A stretch of 63,595 nucleotides of DNA, counting the filler, from Sphacelaria rigidula (taxonomy: Eukaryota): assembly GCA_964200075.2 (NCBI GenBank). It is 9 parts of 9 records of this genome, joined end to end, with 100 filler letters (N's around TTAATTAATTAA, not from the genome) between each part and the next. Parts side by side here need not be neighbours in the genome. Positions count along the whole stretch, not along the records: positions 35,388 to 42,364 come from CAXNAA020017117.1; positions 42,465 to 49,441 come from CAXNAA020017118.1; positions 49,542 to 56,518 come from CAXNAA020017119.1; 6 more parts are not named here. The stretch is one strand, 5' to 3'. The translations under genes were made by a program, and so were the position numbers. How positions within the stretch are numbered: position 1 is the stretch's first letter; each line of letters opens with the position of its first letter. The notes beneath the pieces were generated by a model that saw only the letters and a list, made by a program, of their open reading frames with translations, was not told the DNA's origin and did not search any database. Below, one piece after another: positions 37,153 through 49,684 of the stretch.

Positions 37153-38876
37153 GTTGCTGCTGCTGTCGTTGCTATTGCTGCTGCTGCTGCTGTTTCCACC
37201 GTGCTTTCCACTACCCTGGTTTGCTGTTGTCCCGCTTGTTGTGTTGCTATTTTTGCCTCCACCGCCTACTGTCGGCTGTACTTTTCTCGCTTGCTGTCGC
37301 ATCGCATGTTGTCATGTGCACGCGTATTTTCCGCCCTCATGTTCTTTTTGAACCTTGCTTCAATCTGATCGAGCTTTTGTTTTGTCCTTGTCGCCTGCAT
37401 TGTGTCACCTTCGCCTGACCTACACCTGTTCACCCATAACATCACCGCTGTACCTAACCAGCGATGATCGTGCTCCAGGCATTCTCCATGTCATTTCGGT
37501 ATTTTTGTTTCATATTGAATCGGGACAATCAACCCACCATGATCAGTACGTACTTTGTTTCCGGGGTTGCATTTTTATTGTGGTCATGGGGATTTGTGGA
37601 ATGCACATGCAGTAAAGCTTCCATTTCATTTCGATCTTGTTGGCTTTTCTTACATCTTACATACTCATATTGTTTGCATCTCCGGGTGTCGTGTCTACCA
37701 TAACTGTCTTTTGAGCCCCTCGATTGTATTTTGAGTGCTTTGCAATTTTGCGCCGCCGTCGTCTTGCTCTTTCGAGCTGTACTATTTTTCATTTGATGTT
37801 CTGGAAATATTGTATTCTGTTTTGATTGTCTCATCATTTGCGCCGCTGTCGTCTTGCTCCGTGGAGCTGCACTATTTTTCATTTCATGTTCAGGTAATTT
37901 TTTGTATTGTGTTCGGCGCTCGTGATGTTTTTCTTTGACCGTGCGGGTGTAGGATATCCGCAGGGCTTTGTCTGTTGCGCTGCCTGTACTTATCATGCTC
38001 GAGCAGGATTCCGCTTGCAGTCATTTTATCTATCTGGTTCGCAAGGCCGAAACGCCGAATTTACCGCCCGGCACATGACATTCCGATCTGCATCACGTGG
38101 TATACAACCGAGCCATATTTTCACGGACTCTAAGACTTTCAACGTATACTAACCATGCCCTCTATTACTCCCGCCCTTGTTTCACCTACACTCTTGTCCT
38201 GGGTGTGTCGCATCCCGATGAGGGAACCGGCGCTAAACGTCATTACGTTGGGGAGGACACGCAGGAAACACTGAACGGTTGGCCAATGACGGTATGTTCC
38301 CGCGTGGAGTGTCTGCAATTGGGTTTGGTTCAGCTAATCCCGGATATCTTTTTATAGCATTCTGGTAGCAGGGTTATTACCTTGGTGCCACTAAACAGGA
38401 TCCCCATCTCATCCCACACTGGTAATCGATTGTATGGTTTGCTATTCACCAGGTAGACTTCTTGACGCACCCTGTACCGTAGTTGGATACTACCTTGTTC
38501 CTTCGCGGTACCGTAGTTGGATACTACATGTTCAGTTGCTTCAAACTTGGTTTTCGATATCTTGCTGCCACTCATCTTCCCGTGCATTGCCTTGTCAGTA
38601 CCTATTCAGTACGCAGACGTACGTAGTTCCCTATTTTGCCTTTCTGCCCTTCACGCCCAGCGTACCATGCAAGTTGACTGCGCGACTATATATCTTGTCT
38701 TTGACAGTTCTCACAGGCCCTACATATAGTTTTTGGACATTTATTTCGCTGATGTGGTTGCTAAACCCCCTTGGGGGGGGGCGAAGTACGAGTTCCTGCT
38801 GCCTTGATGGTCGCTGTACAGCGTGCACACCCTTTGCCATAAAACAACGCGGCCTCGTACCATAAAAACACCGCAT

Positions 38877-38960
38877 GATCAGAGAAGAAATTCACAAGCT
38901 TCTTGACCGAGGTGTTGCTCACCCAACTTTCCCCGGCAACGTTTGTCGACTACACGATTT
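38877..38960 (+). pseudogene. Short Gypsy RT relic
   Basis: IREEIHKLLDRGV followed by an FVDY-like motif. Confidence 0.4.
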
Positions 38961-39621
38961 TATGCCACAATGCGGTCTCCTCATAATGGCTTAGCTAGGA
39001 TATGACACACGAACTTGGGACCCGCCTAACAACCATCAATGTACAGCTCATGCATGTGAGGTCATCTTTCTTGTCATTTCTGTGCTTTGTCTCTGTGTAT
39101 TTAGTACATCGTATCTCATTATTATATTTTATTCAGCATGCCTTGTTTATTTTATTTTCTCCATGATTATGTCTACAGTTTTGCAGGATTCGAGGAATTG
39201 GGGGCACGGCTGCTGAAATATTCGCGGCACTGTACAAATCTTGGCCCCAGAGATAGAGAGAGTATGTTTCACGCCCACTCTTGGGCAATCGCACCCTACC
39301 CGACGACCCGACGCCATGCTACCGTCTGACACGTTTCCCTTCGAGCTCTGGACTGGCCGTGAGCATTACGCACGTACTACAGCTGTCTCAAGAGTAAAAA
39401 TTCCCTTCCATATCCGTCCACCCCATCTAGAACAGTCCATAGCTGAAGTGTTTGCGTCCCACATTGGGGGGATCGAACTAGAGAATGACACCCACATTCC
39501 ACCTGACCCCTGAATTTGCCACCGTGTTGGATTGTATTGCCTGAATTTGTCACCGTGTTGTATTGTCGAGAACTCTACGTTGTTTCAGGCACTGATGGGT
39601 GGTGAAAAGGGGAAGACTTCA

Positions 39622-39990
39622 AGGGGGGGAAGGGCATACTCATTTGTTTCGAGCATCCAAGTAATTTCCTTAGCTGCTGTCATCTGTACTGTTCCCAACT
39701 TCTTCACCAACTTTATTGCACACAAGTATTTTCTTAGCTGCTGCCATCCGTACTGTTTCCAATTTCTTCGTGAACTTCACCCCTTGCTTTGCTGTATCTA
39801 ATGCCAATATCAGGTCATCAATGAATAACTCGAGTAGAGTGGGTGATAACGTACATCCTGGGGCAACTCCTTGCAAAATATGAGAATATTTCGATATTTC
39901 CCCGTCTAGCATCATCGCACTTTTGGCACAATACTGTCATCTTTACCATCGTCCACACCTTTCGTTTGACCCCAGTTTCCTATAAATGTC
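39622..39990 (-). pseudogene. LINE (non-LTR) reverse-transcriptase fragment
   Basis: LQGVAPGCTLSPTLLELFIDDLI matches the LINE RT motif GVxQGxxLSPxLF..DD. Confidence 0.8.
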
Positions 39991-40825
39991 CCACAACCCA
40001 TTGCTTCATACTGCGTCATGAGCCTTTTGCACCTTCATCACCCCCACAGGTTCTTCTACCCTGCCATCGTACTCGGAGCACCCCGCTCCCCCACGTAGTG
40101 ATGCCTTGAAGCTTTTGCTCATAGGTGCTACCTCCTGGAAAGGCTATAGCAGTGCCCAGCTGAAGCGCCAAGTGTATTATTATGGGAATCGCTTCGGCGA
40201 GTACGATACGAAGATGGGGATTGGAAAGAGCTATCTCGCCGGGAACTCGAGCGTCCTAAGCTGGAACGGAGGAGCCAAGGATAGACTGCAGTCATTGATG
40301 TTTAAGAGTAGCTGTCGTGTGATGTGGTATATGATATCATCGCGAGAGGAATGCGGTGATGAAATAAGTGAAAAAGTAGCTCTATATCGCTGGTACCGTA
40401 CGTTTCAGTAATGAATTTCGAGTGTTCCTGTCTTTTTCCTTTTTGTCGCTTTGTTACATATTGCTCCCCATTTGGTAACATACGGGTACATGTGTGAGCC
40501 AAGGAGCGTGAGCTCTAGTTCCAGTAGAATAGGCGTCAGTAGTTACAGAAGAGCACCCCTCAAAAGCTGCACTCCTGTAACTATTGATCAGTTCGTGGAA
40601 AGGTTGTTTTGGCGAGGTTCAAGCCCCGCACTACCCTAGAAACCAGTCTAACTGATCCGAGGTGTCGACGCGCGATCAAGCTAACTAGCCGATCGCTCTC
40701 CAGTCTAACTAAGATCCCGGAAAAACGACAGCGATCGTACTTGTCTGCTGTTTCTGTCGTTGGAAAGGGCGTTATAGTTTGTTTTCCTTTCCTAACGGAT
40801 GGAGTTATCCCCTGCTTATCAGGGT

Positions 40826-42274
40826 TTACCTATTCATTATATCTGCAACGAGTTTTCCCCTGTACTGTAATTCAGCAGGTTTTTCTCATTTTATCTTCAG
40901 GCGTTGATGCACAGGCTTCGTTCTTTTTTCGGCTCCTCCAGCCCATAAATCCTTTTTGTTTAGCCTTATGTATAAGGTTAGGGGCATGTCATGGATTTAT
41001 TGGCCATTTTCCAGTCGACGGGGTTCCATGCGTCATACTCTTGTCATGCCTTGTGTCAGATTATCTACCCATGTTTTCCCAGAGCTGTTAGGATTGATCC
41101 CAGCACGTACAGCAGCCTGTCGCCGATAATGCAAGAAGCATTTACGCCATCCATGGACTGCGATATCACAGGTGTCGCTGATCTTCGTCTAAACTAAGCC
41201 TGACTTGCCTGCAGCTGGTGCAGGTGGAGAGTTACTTCGAACCATCTTGCATGCATAATTATCATCGAACTCGGTCGGATCCTGGTGCTTACATGTCTTT
41301 TGAGATGACTACTCGGGTGCCCACGAACTGGCACCCTTCACCTCTAGACATCCACCTCGTGATTCGTGACATGGTGCCCAACCCGTAAGTTACTTGCGTG
41401 CCGATGGTGTCCCGGCAACGTCCCACCAAAAACAACCAAATATTTGGGGGGGGGGGGGGGGGGGTGGGGGGGTGTTATCGCATCATGGGTTTGATCTACA
41501 CTGCAACATCAATGTGCGATGTATCCTGCTTCGGCTCTTGCACTCTTTCGCTCTGTCGTCTACTTACCATACGTACGTTGAGCATGAGAAGTTGAGCATA
41601 GGCTATGTAGTTTGTTCTTGTCTCGTGGTACCCTTTGCTCCTCCTTGGGTTTGCCCCGTGGGTGCCCTGTGCTCCGTCTTTCCGCCCGCTGCATAATTAT
41701 ACCGTACCCATGCACAAACAGATCATCGGGTGATTAGAACCAGCTTCTCAACAGTCTCGCGCCCTACGATATGACGGACGTAACCAGAAGTTCAAAGCAC
41801 AATAACCTGAGCCGATATATAATTGAATGAAAGGCAAATACGGTCGGTACGAGAACATGTACGAGCATCTGTACGAGCATCATCAGGAGATGCTACAATT
41901 TTTCATCCTGGCGGACTCGTCATTTTACTTCGGGCTGCATGATGGAGACGGCTACTCTTCAGGGCTTCTAGGGGTTGCTGCTACACATGGCCGTGGTGTC
42001 TATCCATGCTGCTGTGGTGTCTTCGCCACACGGTTGTGTTGTTGTTCTGTGCTGTTGCTCGTCGCTGCCGCGCCGCTGCTGTGTGTTGCTGCTGCCCGCC
42101 GCACGGCTGTGCTGTTGTTCTGTGCTGTTGTTCGTGGAAGCCGTGCCGGTGTTGCGTTAACCTTATTGCGGTGCTGCTGCTGCTCGACGCACTGGTGTGC
42201 TGTTGCTGCCTGCCGTTGTTGTGTTTCCTTCGCGCGGCTGTGTCGTCGTTACTATTGCTGCTTTACCGCTGCCT

Positions 42275-42347
<73 letters not shown>

Positions 42348-42364
42348 CGTCGTCGTCGTTGTCG
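40826..42364 (+). repeat. ~1.55-kb direct repeat, copy 2 (runs to the contig end)
   Basis: Matches 35430-36990. Confidence 0.92.
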
Positions 42365-43594
42365 NNNNNNNNNNNNNNNNNNNNNNNNNNNNNNNNNNNN
42401 NNNNNNNNTTAATTAATTAANNNNNNNNNNNNNNNNNNNNNNNNNNNNNNNNNNNNNNNNNNNNCATTGTAGGGATGCGAGGTTAATGGTCTTATGACTA
42501 TGGCATGCATGATCATGAGTACACCCCGCGGCTCGTGAGGCGACCCCGCTGGAGGCGCCGTCGCAGGCGAGAAAGTTGGGATACATGGCTTCATTTTATA
42601 TTCCCATCGAAATTGGCCTAATCAAGGTCTCCTAGCTTGAGAGAACACGTGTCCAGATTTGACAAAACCCGATAGTCATACCGCACGTTTATTGGTTTTA
42701 TCGAAATGATTTCGATACGATAACGATAACGTTATGTCGATACAATGTATCGAAACTTTCGATACGATCTCCGACACTAAATTACTCACAACGACTCTTC
42801 TTGACTCATTTGTCCGCGAACATACGGGCCACTTTGGTTGAAGTGCTGCATATTTTCATGAACTTCGTGAAATATGAATGCAGATTCAGCAAACCAAGAA
42901 GGCATACCTCCCACAGATAGTGGTAACTCAAGTGAATTGAAGATGAGGACACTCACACCGTCGTTGTCAAAATGCTGTCGATGCTTTTCACGGTTCGGCT
43001 GTTCGGTGAGTTCAAGGTCTACGTCGTCGTCGCTGCCAAGTCGTATGTGAAGCATCAGTCAAAGCTACTGCGCTGTGTGTCGTAGGAGGCGTGAAAACAG
43101 TATTTACGGTAGGAGCGTGCTCTCTCACCCGGCTTCAGGTCCCGGTGTATAATCCCATTCTGATGTAGATAGTCCACTCCCCTCAAAATCTGCAGCATGA
43201 AAACCCTTTTGTGCTGCATCGATAGCTTCTGCAGACGAGATTTGAACAGAAGAGACGGGTTTACAAGGGCCGTGGGCGGTTTTGATCGTGTCAGGGGGTG
43301 TGGGCACTATTTTCATCTTGAAACTGAACCATTGCGCAGTTTGCCAAATGATACACACAGCAGAAGCAGCAGCAGCAGCGGTAGCAGCAGCAGTGAAGAG
43401 AGAGCAAGAGCAAGAGCAAGAGCAAGAGCAAGAGGCGAACATCATGCTGTGGAAACATGCAGCATCTAAACTACCTAACATGCACTCCACATCATATATG
43501 TCATGCACCACAAGGGCCGTTATACCGCACGATCTTTGGTATGTAGAGTGGACCAATTCGGCAAGAAAACAAGCATGCGTGATCGTCGCCTTGC

Positions 43595-45899
43595 CTGCGG
43601 AGACTGTATAATGCGGTGTAGGTCTGACGCCAAGAGCTCCATGACGATGTACAGCTCATCGTCCGCCTGTGTTCACGGGGATATCCCAGTAGTCACACGA
43701 CACACGAAGACGCAGGATTGCATGTAGCAACAAGCTTTGTATCGTCGACGATTCATCTTTCCCCGAGTCCGCAACGGCAGTGAGAGGGTAGACTGACGGG
43801 GTGATTGACAGCAATAAAGTATCGATACACGTGTGCTATTGTTGCGAGATTGGTTGTGACGAAAGAGCCCGCCCATCACCATGTCAGCCAAGCTGGTTGC
43901 CCTACTTTCTTGGCGCAAACATCGAAGCATCGTACCCGACGAAGAGATATATGAAGATCCATTAAATTTGCACAACAACGGGGACGTTGAACGCGAAGAG
44001 CGTCAATCATAGTTCGTGAGTCGTACACAAGGATATTTTCCTGACGACACTGCAATATCACCCGACCGGAACTATGAACCTTGAACTGCTTTCCGTGTCG
44101 TGGGAGACTGCGGACACGCATGAATTGCTGTTCGTCACCCCCGCGATTCACCCTTGGCCTCTTCGCCCCTCTGATTTCATCCATCACGAAACAACCCCTA
44201 CCTCGTTGCAGAAAAGATCCTCCAGTGTAACAATGTTCTCATGGGTCCCGAGGTATCGCATGATTCTCACTTCTCGTAGAACGTGCTTTGCATCGATGCT
44301 GCAAACAACCAACAGAAAACAACAGAAAATTATCAAACCCAGTAGTAGGGGGGATTATCATTATCGCCGATGCGTCCCCTTCAACCGGCCGGGGTGGGAG
44401 AAAACAGTTGCATATTTCCTCGGCAAACAAACAAGAGAGGGGCAAATTCATACTAAAACTCCACCTGTTGCGTGTGCTTGTGTGTTTGCTACTTGATATG
44501 AAATCGTTCGACATGTTTTTCTCGACCGTTTTTTGTCGGTTTGTCTGTTCTAGTGAGCGACAACGCCCAAGCAACAGCCCCCACTGTTGCTGTAACGAAA
44601 CAGCACCATAGCCTTCCGTCATTGTGTGCGGAACTATTGTGTATTAATGCCGTATTCGCCACGCTATGGAGGGTTTTAGTTACCTTTGCGCCGCCATGGG
44701 ACTGATTTTCTTGATCGCCACCGGGTTCTTGCGATAGCTGTCGACCGCCGAGCACACCATACCGTAGGATCCCTTGCCAATAACCTCGAGGTGATTGTAG
44801 CGCTCTGGGATCTTCGCACGAGGAAACACATTGTCCGGAAGAGAGGATGCACAGGTTAGGGTGTGGTCTCATGAACACGGTAGATATTTCGGCCAGGTTA
44901 GATGGGCTATGCGTGGCGTCGTGTCAAATATCTTGAGTGACAACTAGTTGTGCTACCCCCTTCACGGGGGTACTGTTGTAGCACCGAGTGTCTGTCTTAC
45001 GTACCGAGGGTATCAAGTTGGTACTTGATGCACTAAAGTCGTAAGCAAGAGGTAAGCAAGTCTTGGATGCCGATCTTTGTGCAGTGCAGAAGACGAGTCG
45101 GGCTTGCGTGCAAAGTTTGCATGATGGCTTGCGATGTGTATATACGGAGAAATATAGCGAGCTCTAAAGATGCGTTGTTGTCGCTCGGTTACGCGTGCCA
45201 GGTATGGACTGTTTGACTGATGCGCCGTCCTATCCGTCAGAAAATCCTTCCAAGCGTGCTCATACTACCAGTGAACCCAAACGGTGAAGGATCACCGAAT
45301 GAATCCTTGGCACTTTGACATATTGTTCACATTGGCGATGTTTCGAATACAGCACGCACAACCCGTGCAGGGGTAGCCGTTCAGCCTCTCGCAACAGCAT
45401 GATCAAGGGTCAAAGTTGCCGTTGCGATCTCTTGTATTTTCCATCTCGTGAGTACGCTACAACCACAAAGAGACGCCAAGGGAGTCAACATTCAACCCCG
45501 GACCCTATGTGGCAGTTAGCACTGGATTGCACGCAGTATGAGCTCGTTTGTGCGTTTCAAAAACCTTGCCGAAAATGAATACAACACTTTAATCATGGTG
45601 ATTATCTATCGTGATGACGTGCTGCACTGACTGCGTTGTAAGATGCCTGATCCCCTCTGTGAACAAACATGTCTTGTGTTGGTATCCAACGAGTACCAGC
45701 GGAATTTGCTTATTGAAGGCGATGCACCTAATGCTGGCTTTCGTACCCGGAACACGGTGCCATTGATGTTCAGATGTCTCTCCCCACCACGCTCCGTCTG
45801 TACAACCACTCCTTGCTGCGGAGTCCCTCGCCGGCCTGAGCCAGCAGCAGCAGTGCCTCCCTTCGCCTTGGTACCTCGAAGCCCGCTGCCCGCTGCCAT
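43595..45899 (-). CDS. Mitogen-activated protein kinase, N-terminal part; exons complement(join(43595-43666,44202-44298,44684-44811,45747-45899)); rest beyond the contig
   Basis: Spliced product ...[107 protein letters not shown] covers MAPK subdomains I-V. Phases are consistent. Confidence 0.94.
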
Positions 45900-46455
45900 G
45901 ATCAAGCTCCCACCCTGAGTATGATCTTGTAGCGCTCTCTCTTCTCCTGTTTAACTTCGCTGAGATGACAGTAGTACAAGTAGTAGGGCTGGCCTGGCTC
46001 CCAAGATCGATGCCTGTTGCATGGAGGTTGATGTTCAGAGTTTTGTGCGATAAGATGCACGCAAGGAAGTGGTCGTGCGGTCATCGATCTATCCACGTAC
46101 AGTTGTACTACTTTTTGTACACACCCAGCCCGCTTACAAAGGCATACGTTGATTGCTGATCAAATATGCCGATAACTCTCTTTCACTCTGTGGGTATGTT
46201 CTCAAGGGAGAGACAGCTGGAGAGTGAGGGAGACCACGAGAATGGTCTGCTGCACGACAGTAACACGACAGTAACACCGACGAAAGATACACGAAGTAGG
46301 ATCTTTCTGAGGTAAGTGGTGGGGTATTGGATATTAATGGCAGGGTACTAGGTATTGAAATGGGGGTAGTAGATTCGATGGGGAGGGTAGTACTCTTGAT
46401 CAGTGATTCGCTGGGATCTCGTACACAAGAAGCCAAGCAAGCACTCTTGCTTAGC

Positions 46456-49175
46456 ATGGCACCGCCCAGGGGCCGAGGCCGTGGACGAGTGAAGAGTGGA
46501 AGGGGAAGAGGAGGTGGAAGCGTATCAAGGGGTGGAGCTCGCTCTGGTGGCAAGAGCAAGGAAGGTGAGTTGACGGTGCTACTGACTGTGAGAATGTGGA
46601 CAGCATGTGGCCATTCAACCAGTGTCTACACCATGGCGGCGCAGGGTCGCATGATGTGGTCCTCGCTGCCATGTGACGATGTTCAGTAAAGAGAACTTGT
46701 TACTCATTGTGCTGTTTGATGTCTTCTGTTCATGTGCGTAAAACCACTCTTGTGTGTAGCATATGTTTTAGATGTTTCCAGTCTGCCAGCCATCCTTACT
46801 CTATATCGTATTGTACTGCACTACAGTGTACTCGTTTTACACTCTGCCCAAGTCAATCTGTAACGGTTTCGTGGCAACACGACTCGGGTGCAGTTGCGAT
46901 ATATAAACACCGCCATTCTCTACCCTCCCCTTAGATGCCCAAATATTCATTGTCATCGTCGCCTCCAAATATTTATGAGCTCCCCATGACGGCCGATTTA
47001 CTCACGTTCCTGGGCCCCTCAACCCTGTCGTCTGTGATGTCCCCCTCGTCGCTCCCCTCTCTCGCCCTGTGTCCCCAACATATACCCTTACGTCGTTTCG
47101 CCCCTGGCAAATCTATGCAAACACAGACGACCCGAACAATGATCAAATCTATACCAAGGTGGACAAGTTTCACATGGAGAAGGACAAGATATCGTTTGAT
47201 GGAGGCGACAGCGACTCCGACGACTCGGTAAACGTTTTCTTGTTCAACTCTCGAGGCGCCCGAAATCAATTTGTCGAAAAATCTGGTCCTTGATGGTCTC
47301 GCCGATTTTTGGAAGATGACCCCTGCAGGCGTAAATGGCTCTCAGAAGGCCGGGTGGGCGCCAGTGTTAGTTTTTGCTAAAAAAAATTGTGGTATAATAG
47401 TCAGCGTTACATGGTCGTGTGTGCGTTTATATGTTTGCGTTTTGTCTTCTCCACGAGACATGTCTTCGACGCGAAAGCTGACGGCCTCCCTTGCCCAACT
47501 CTCGACGCTATGAGCTCCCGGTTGACCAGCAGGGGCTTGTACGTGGAAAACCTCACCGCTGCGGTTACATGCGCGTTGCGTGTGTGTGTGTGCGTCAAGT
47601 TGTGCTCATCTTGGTTAGTCATCTGTGGGGGGTGAGAGAAATTCTTCATTCGTGTCCCCTCAATTCGTCACAGATTCAGGACACTACACCTCAACCCTGA
47701 CAAAACCAAACCGAGGCAAGGATGATGTTCAGTGAGCACGCACAAGAGGACAGATATCCCATATCCCGGCATAGATGCTATCCCGTCTGTACATACTGAC
47801 GGCACCCCCAGCAGCACGCGGAAAATGTCAGTTTATAGTTTACGTTTTGCTCCCTGAACCGCACCGCTCGCTGAATGTCCGAATGCCACGGCCTCTCAAG
47901 GCACAAGATGAACTTCAACAGCGGTCCTTCTGATGACTCACATGCGCAGGATGAGTCGGAGCAGGAAGAGGCCGTGATGGACATCGAGGGCGAAGGTGAC
48001 AGCGGGTCGAGCGGAGACAGTGACGAAGACTCGGATGACTCAGATCTGTCCGATTTGCCCGAGGTCAGTGCAACGCATGGCTCCCTTTCATTCGTCTCAG
48101 CAGTACAGTAGGTGTCCCTACTCGCGGGTGCGGTAGCTTCCAGGACACTACCAGCCCATCAAGTTGGTGGTTTCAACGGCGCATGTTGCCGTACACGTTT
48201 CCTACGATGAGATTACTCTTGAACCTGTGGTGTCTCCGAGTCGCCCGGCATCTACTTCTTTGCATAGCACAATAGTCAACTCTTATTAGGTTCATACTCA
48301 TGTGCTCGTCATACATGCTCCTTGTGTTGTACTTTGTTTACTGGGTTCGTCAGCTACCTGAGCACGTGAGACGGGTGGCAATGGAGGCGGCCTCCTCTGA
48401 CGACGACAGTGACGACGAGAACGACTCAAACGCTAAAGTAGCGGCTGGCTGGGGGAAGAAGCGGTGAGTGAAAAGAGCGAGCCGGCGTTTTGGCTGTGTC
48501 TTTGTCCGCTTCATCGTGGAACGGCAGACTACGCTAAACGTGCACTTCATAGATTTTTAGTGCTTGCCTTGGAGTGCTCTGTTTTTTCCCGACAAGGTGT
48601 TGGACACATGTAACAATCACCGGATATGCTTTGATCGAAAAGGAGGACGATGCCATGTTATACACGTGGTTCGTTCACCCGAATGGCGAACATTCGGAAC
48701 AAAAAGGGAGGACAAAAACCCCGTGAGAAACACAAAATTTCATGTCAGCACCTTCCACTTCGCGGAGACACGCAAATCCCGTGCGGCGTGCTCTCTAAAC
48801 GATGAATCCTGCCACCGTCCCCTCTTCAAACCGGGAACGCCACGATTGATGGCGCATAGGTCGGCCTACTACAATGCCGACACGGCTGACCTTGAGATCG
48901 GGCAAGAGTTCGAAGACGCGGAGGCCGAGGAAGAAGCCGCGTTGGAGTTGCAAAGGGCAAGCTACAAGCGACTTGATCCCGCCGATTTCGGAGAGGAAGA
49001 GGAGGAGAATGGACAGGATGAAGATGGTGGGGTTGAGGGTGGGGTAAAAAAACGAAAGGGGGAGCGTCGACGCGGTGAGGGGGGGGGCGGGGCGGCGCTC
49101 CAGGGGGAGGGAGCGGCTGCGCTACTTTCAATGAAAAGCGATCTCGAGCAGATTGCACTGGGCGCTAGTGGCGAG
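46456..49175 (+). CDS. UTP3: SAS10/UTP3-like SSU-processome protein, N-terminal part; join(46456-46564,47127-47227,47950-48063,48354-48463,48860-49175)
   Basis: KVDKFHMEKDKISF, acidic tracts and GWGKKRSAYYNAD...EEEAALELQR...LDPADFG are typical of the Sas10/Utp3 N-terminus. GT-AG introns with consistent phases. Confidence 0.82.
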
Positions 49176-49684
49176 GTGATGACGGTTGTAGTCCTATGTT
49201 GAATCCGTTTCGTGTGTTGTTGAATTCCAGGATGAGCTCCCACGATGGGGCTCAAGCATGAGTACGCTCGCCTCTGTGCCGCCTGATTCCCTGCCCCCCT
49301 GCGAAAGGGATGCGAAGTCAATGGTCAAAGCACTAAGGCAAGCAACAAATGAGTACGCCCCCCCCCTCCCCCCCTGGTGAGACATCCATGAGACAGTGTA
49401 TAACCCGTTGCTGTCTCTGGAAGTGGCGATACTAGATAATANNNNNNNNNNNNNNNNNNNNNNNNNNNNNNNNNNNNNNNNNNNNTTAATTAATTAANNN
49501 NNNNNNNNNNNNNNNNNNNNNNNNNNNNNNNNNNNNNNNNNGGGGGGGGCCTATCGTAGAAAGTGTCTTCTGTGAACAGCCGTACTATGCTCTTCTCGCC
49601 AATATCTGACATGGCAATATCCGAAATTTTGCGAGATGTCCTTTTTGCAGCTTGGCCGCTACGGGTACGGTGGAGAAGAAGAAA

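Noticed and set aside
36458-37418. Cys-, Leu-, Val- or Gln-rich ORFs of 130-300 aa (also 41827-42420)
   Set aside because: They are open in most frames because of (GTT)n/(GCT)n microsatellites. No domain or splice evidence.
43040-43075. Next MAPK exon (LTDA-like peptide)
   Set aside because: Wrong phase and no HRDLKP follows. The next exon must lie beyond the contig.
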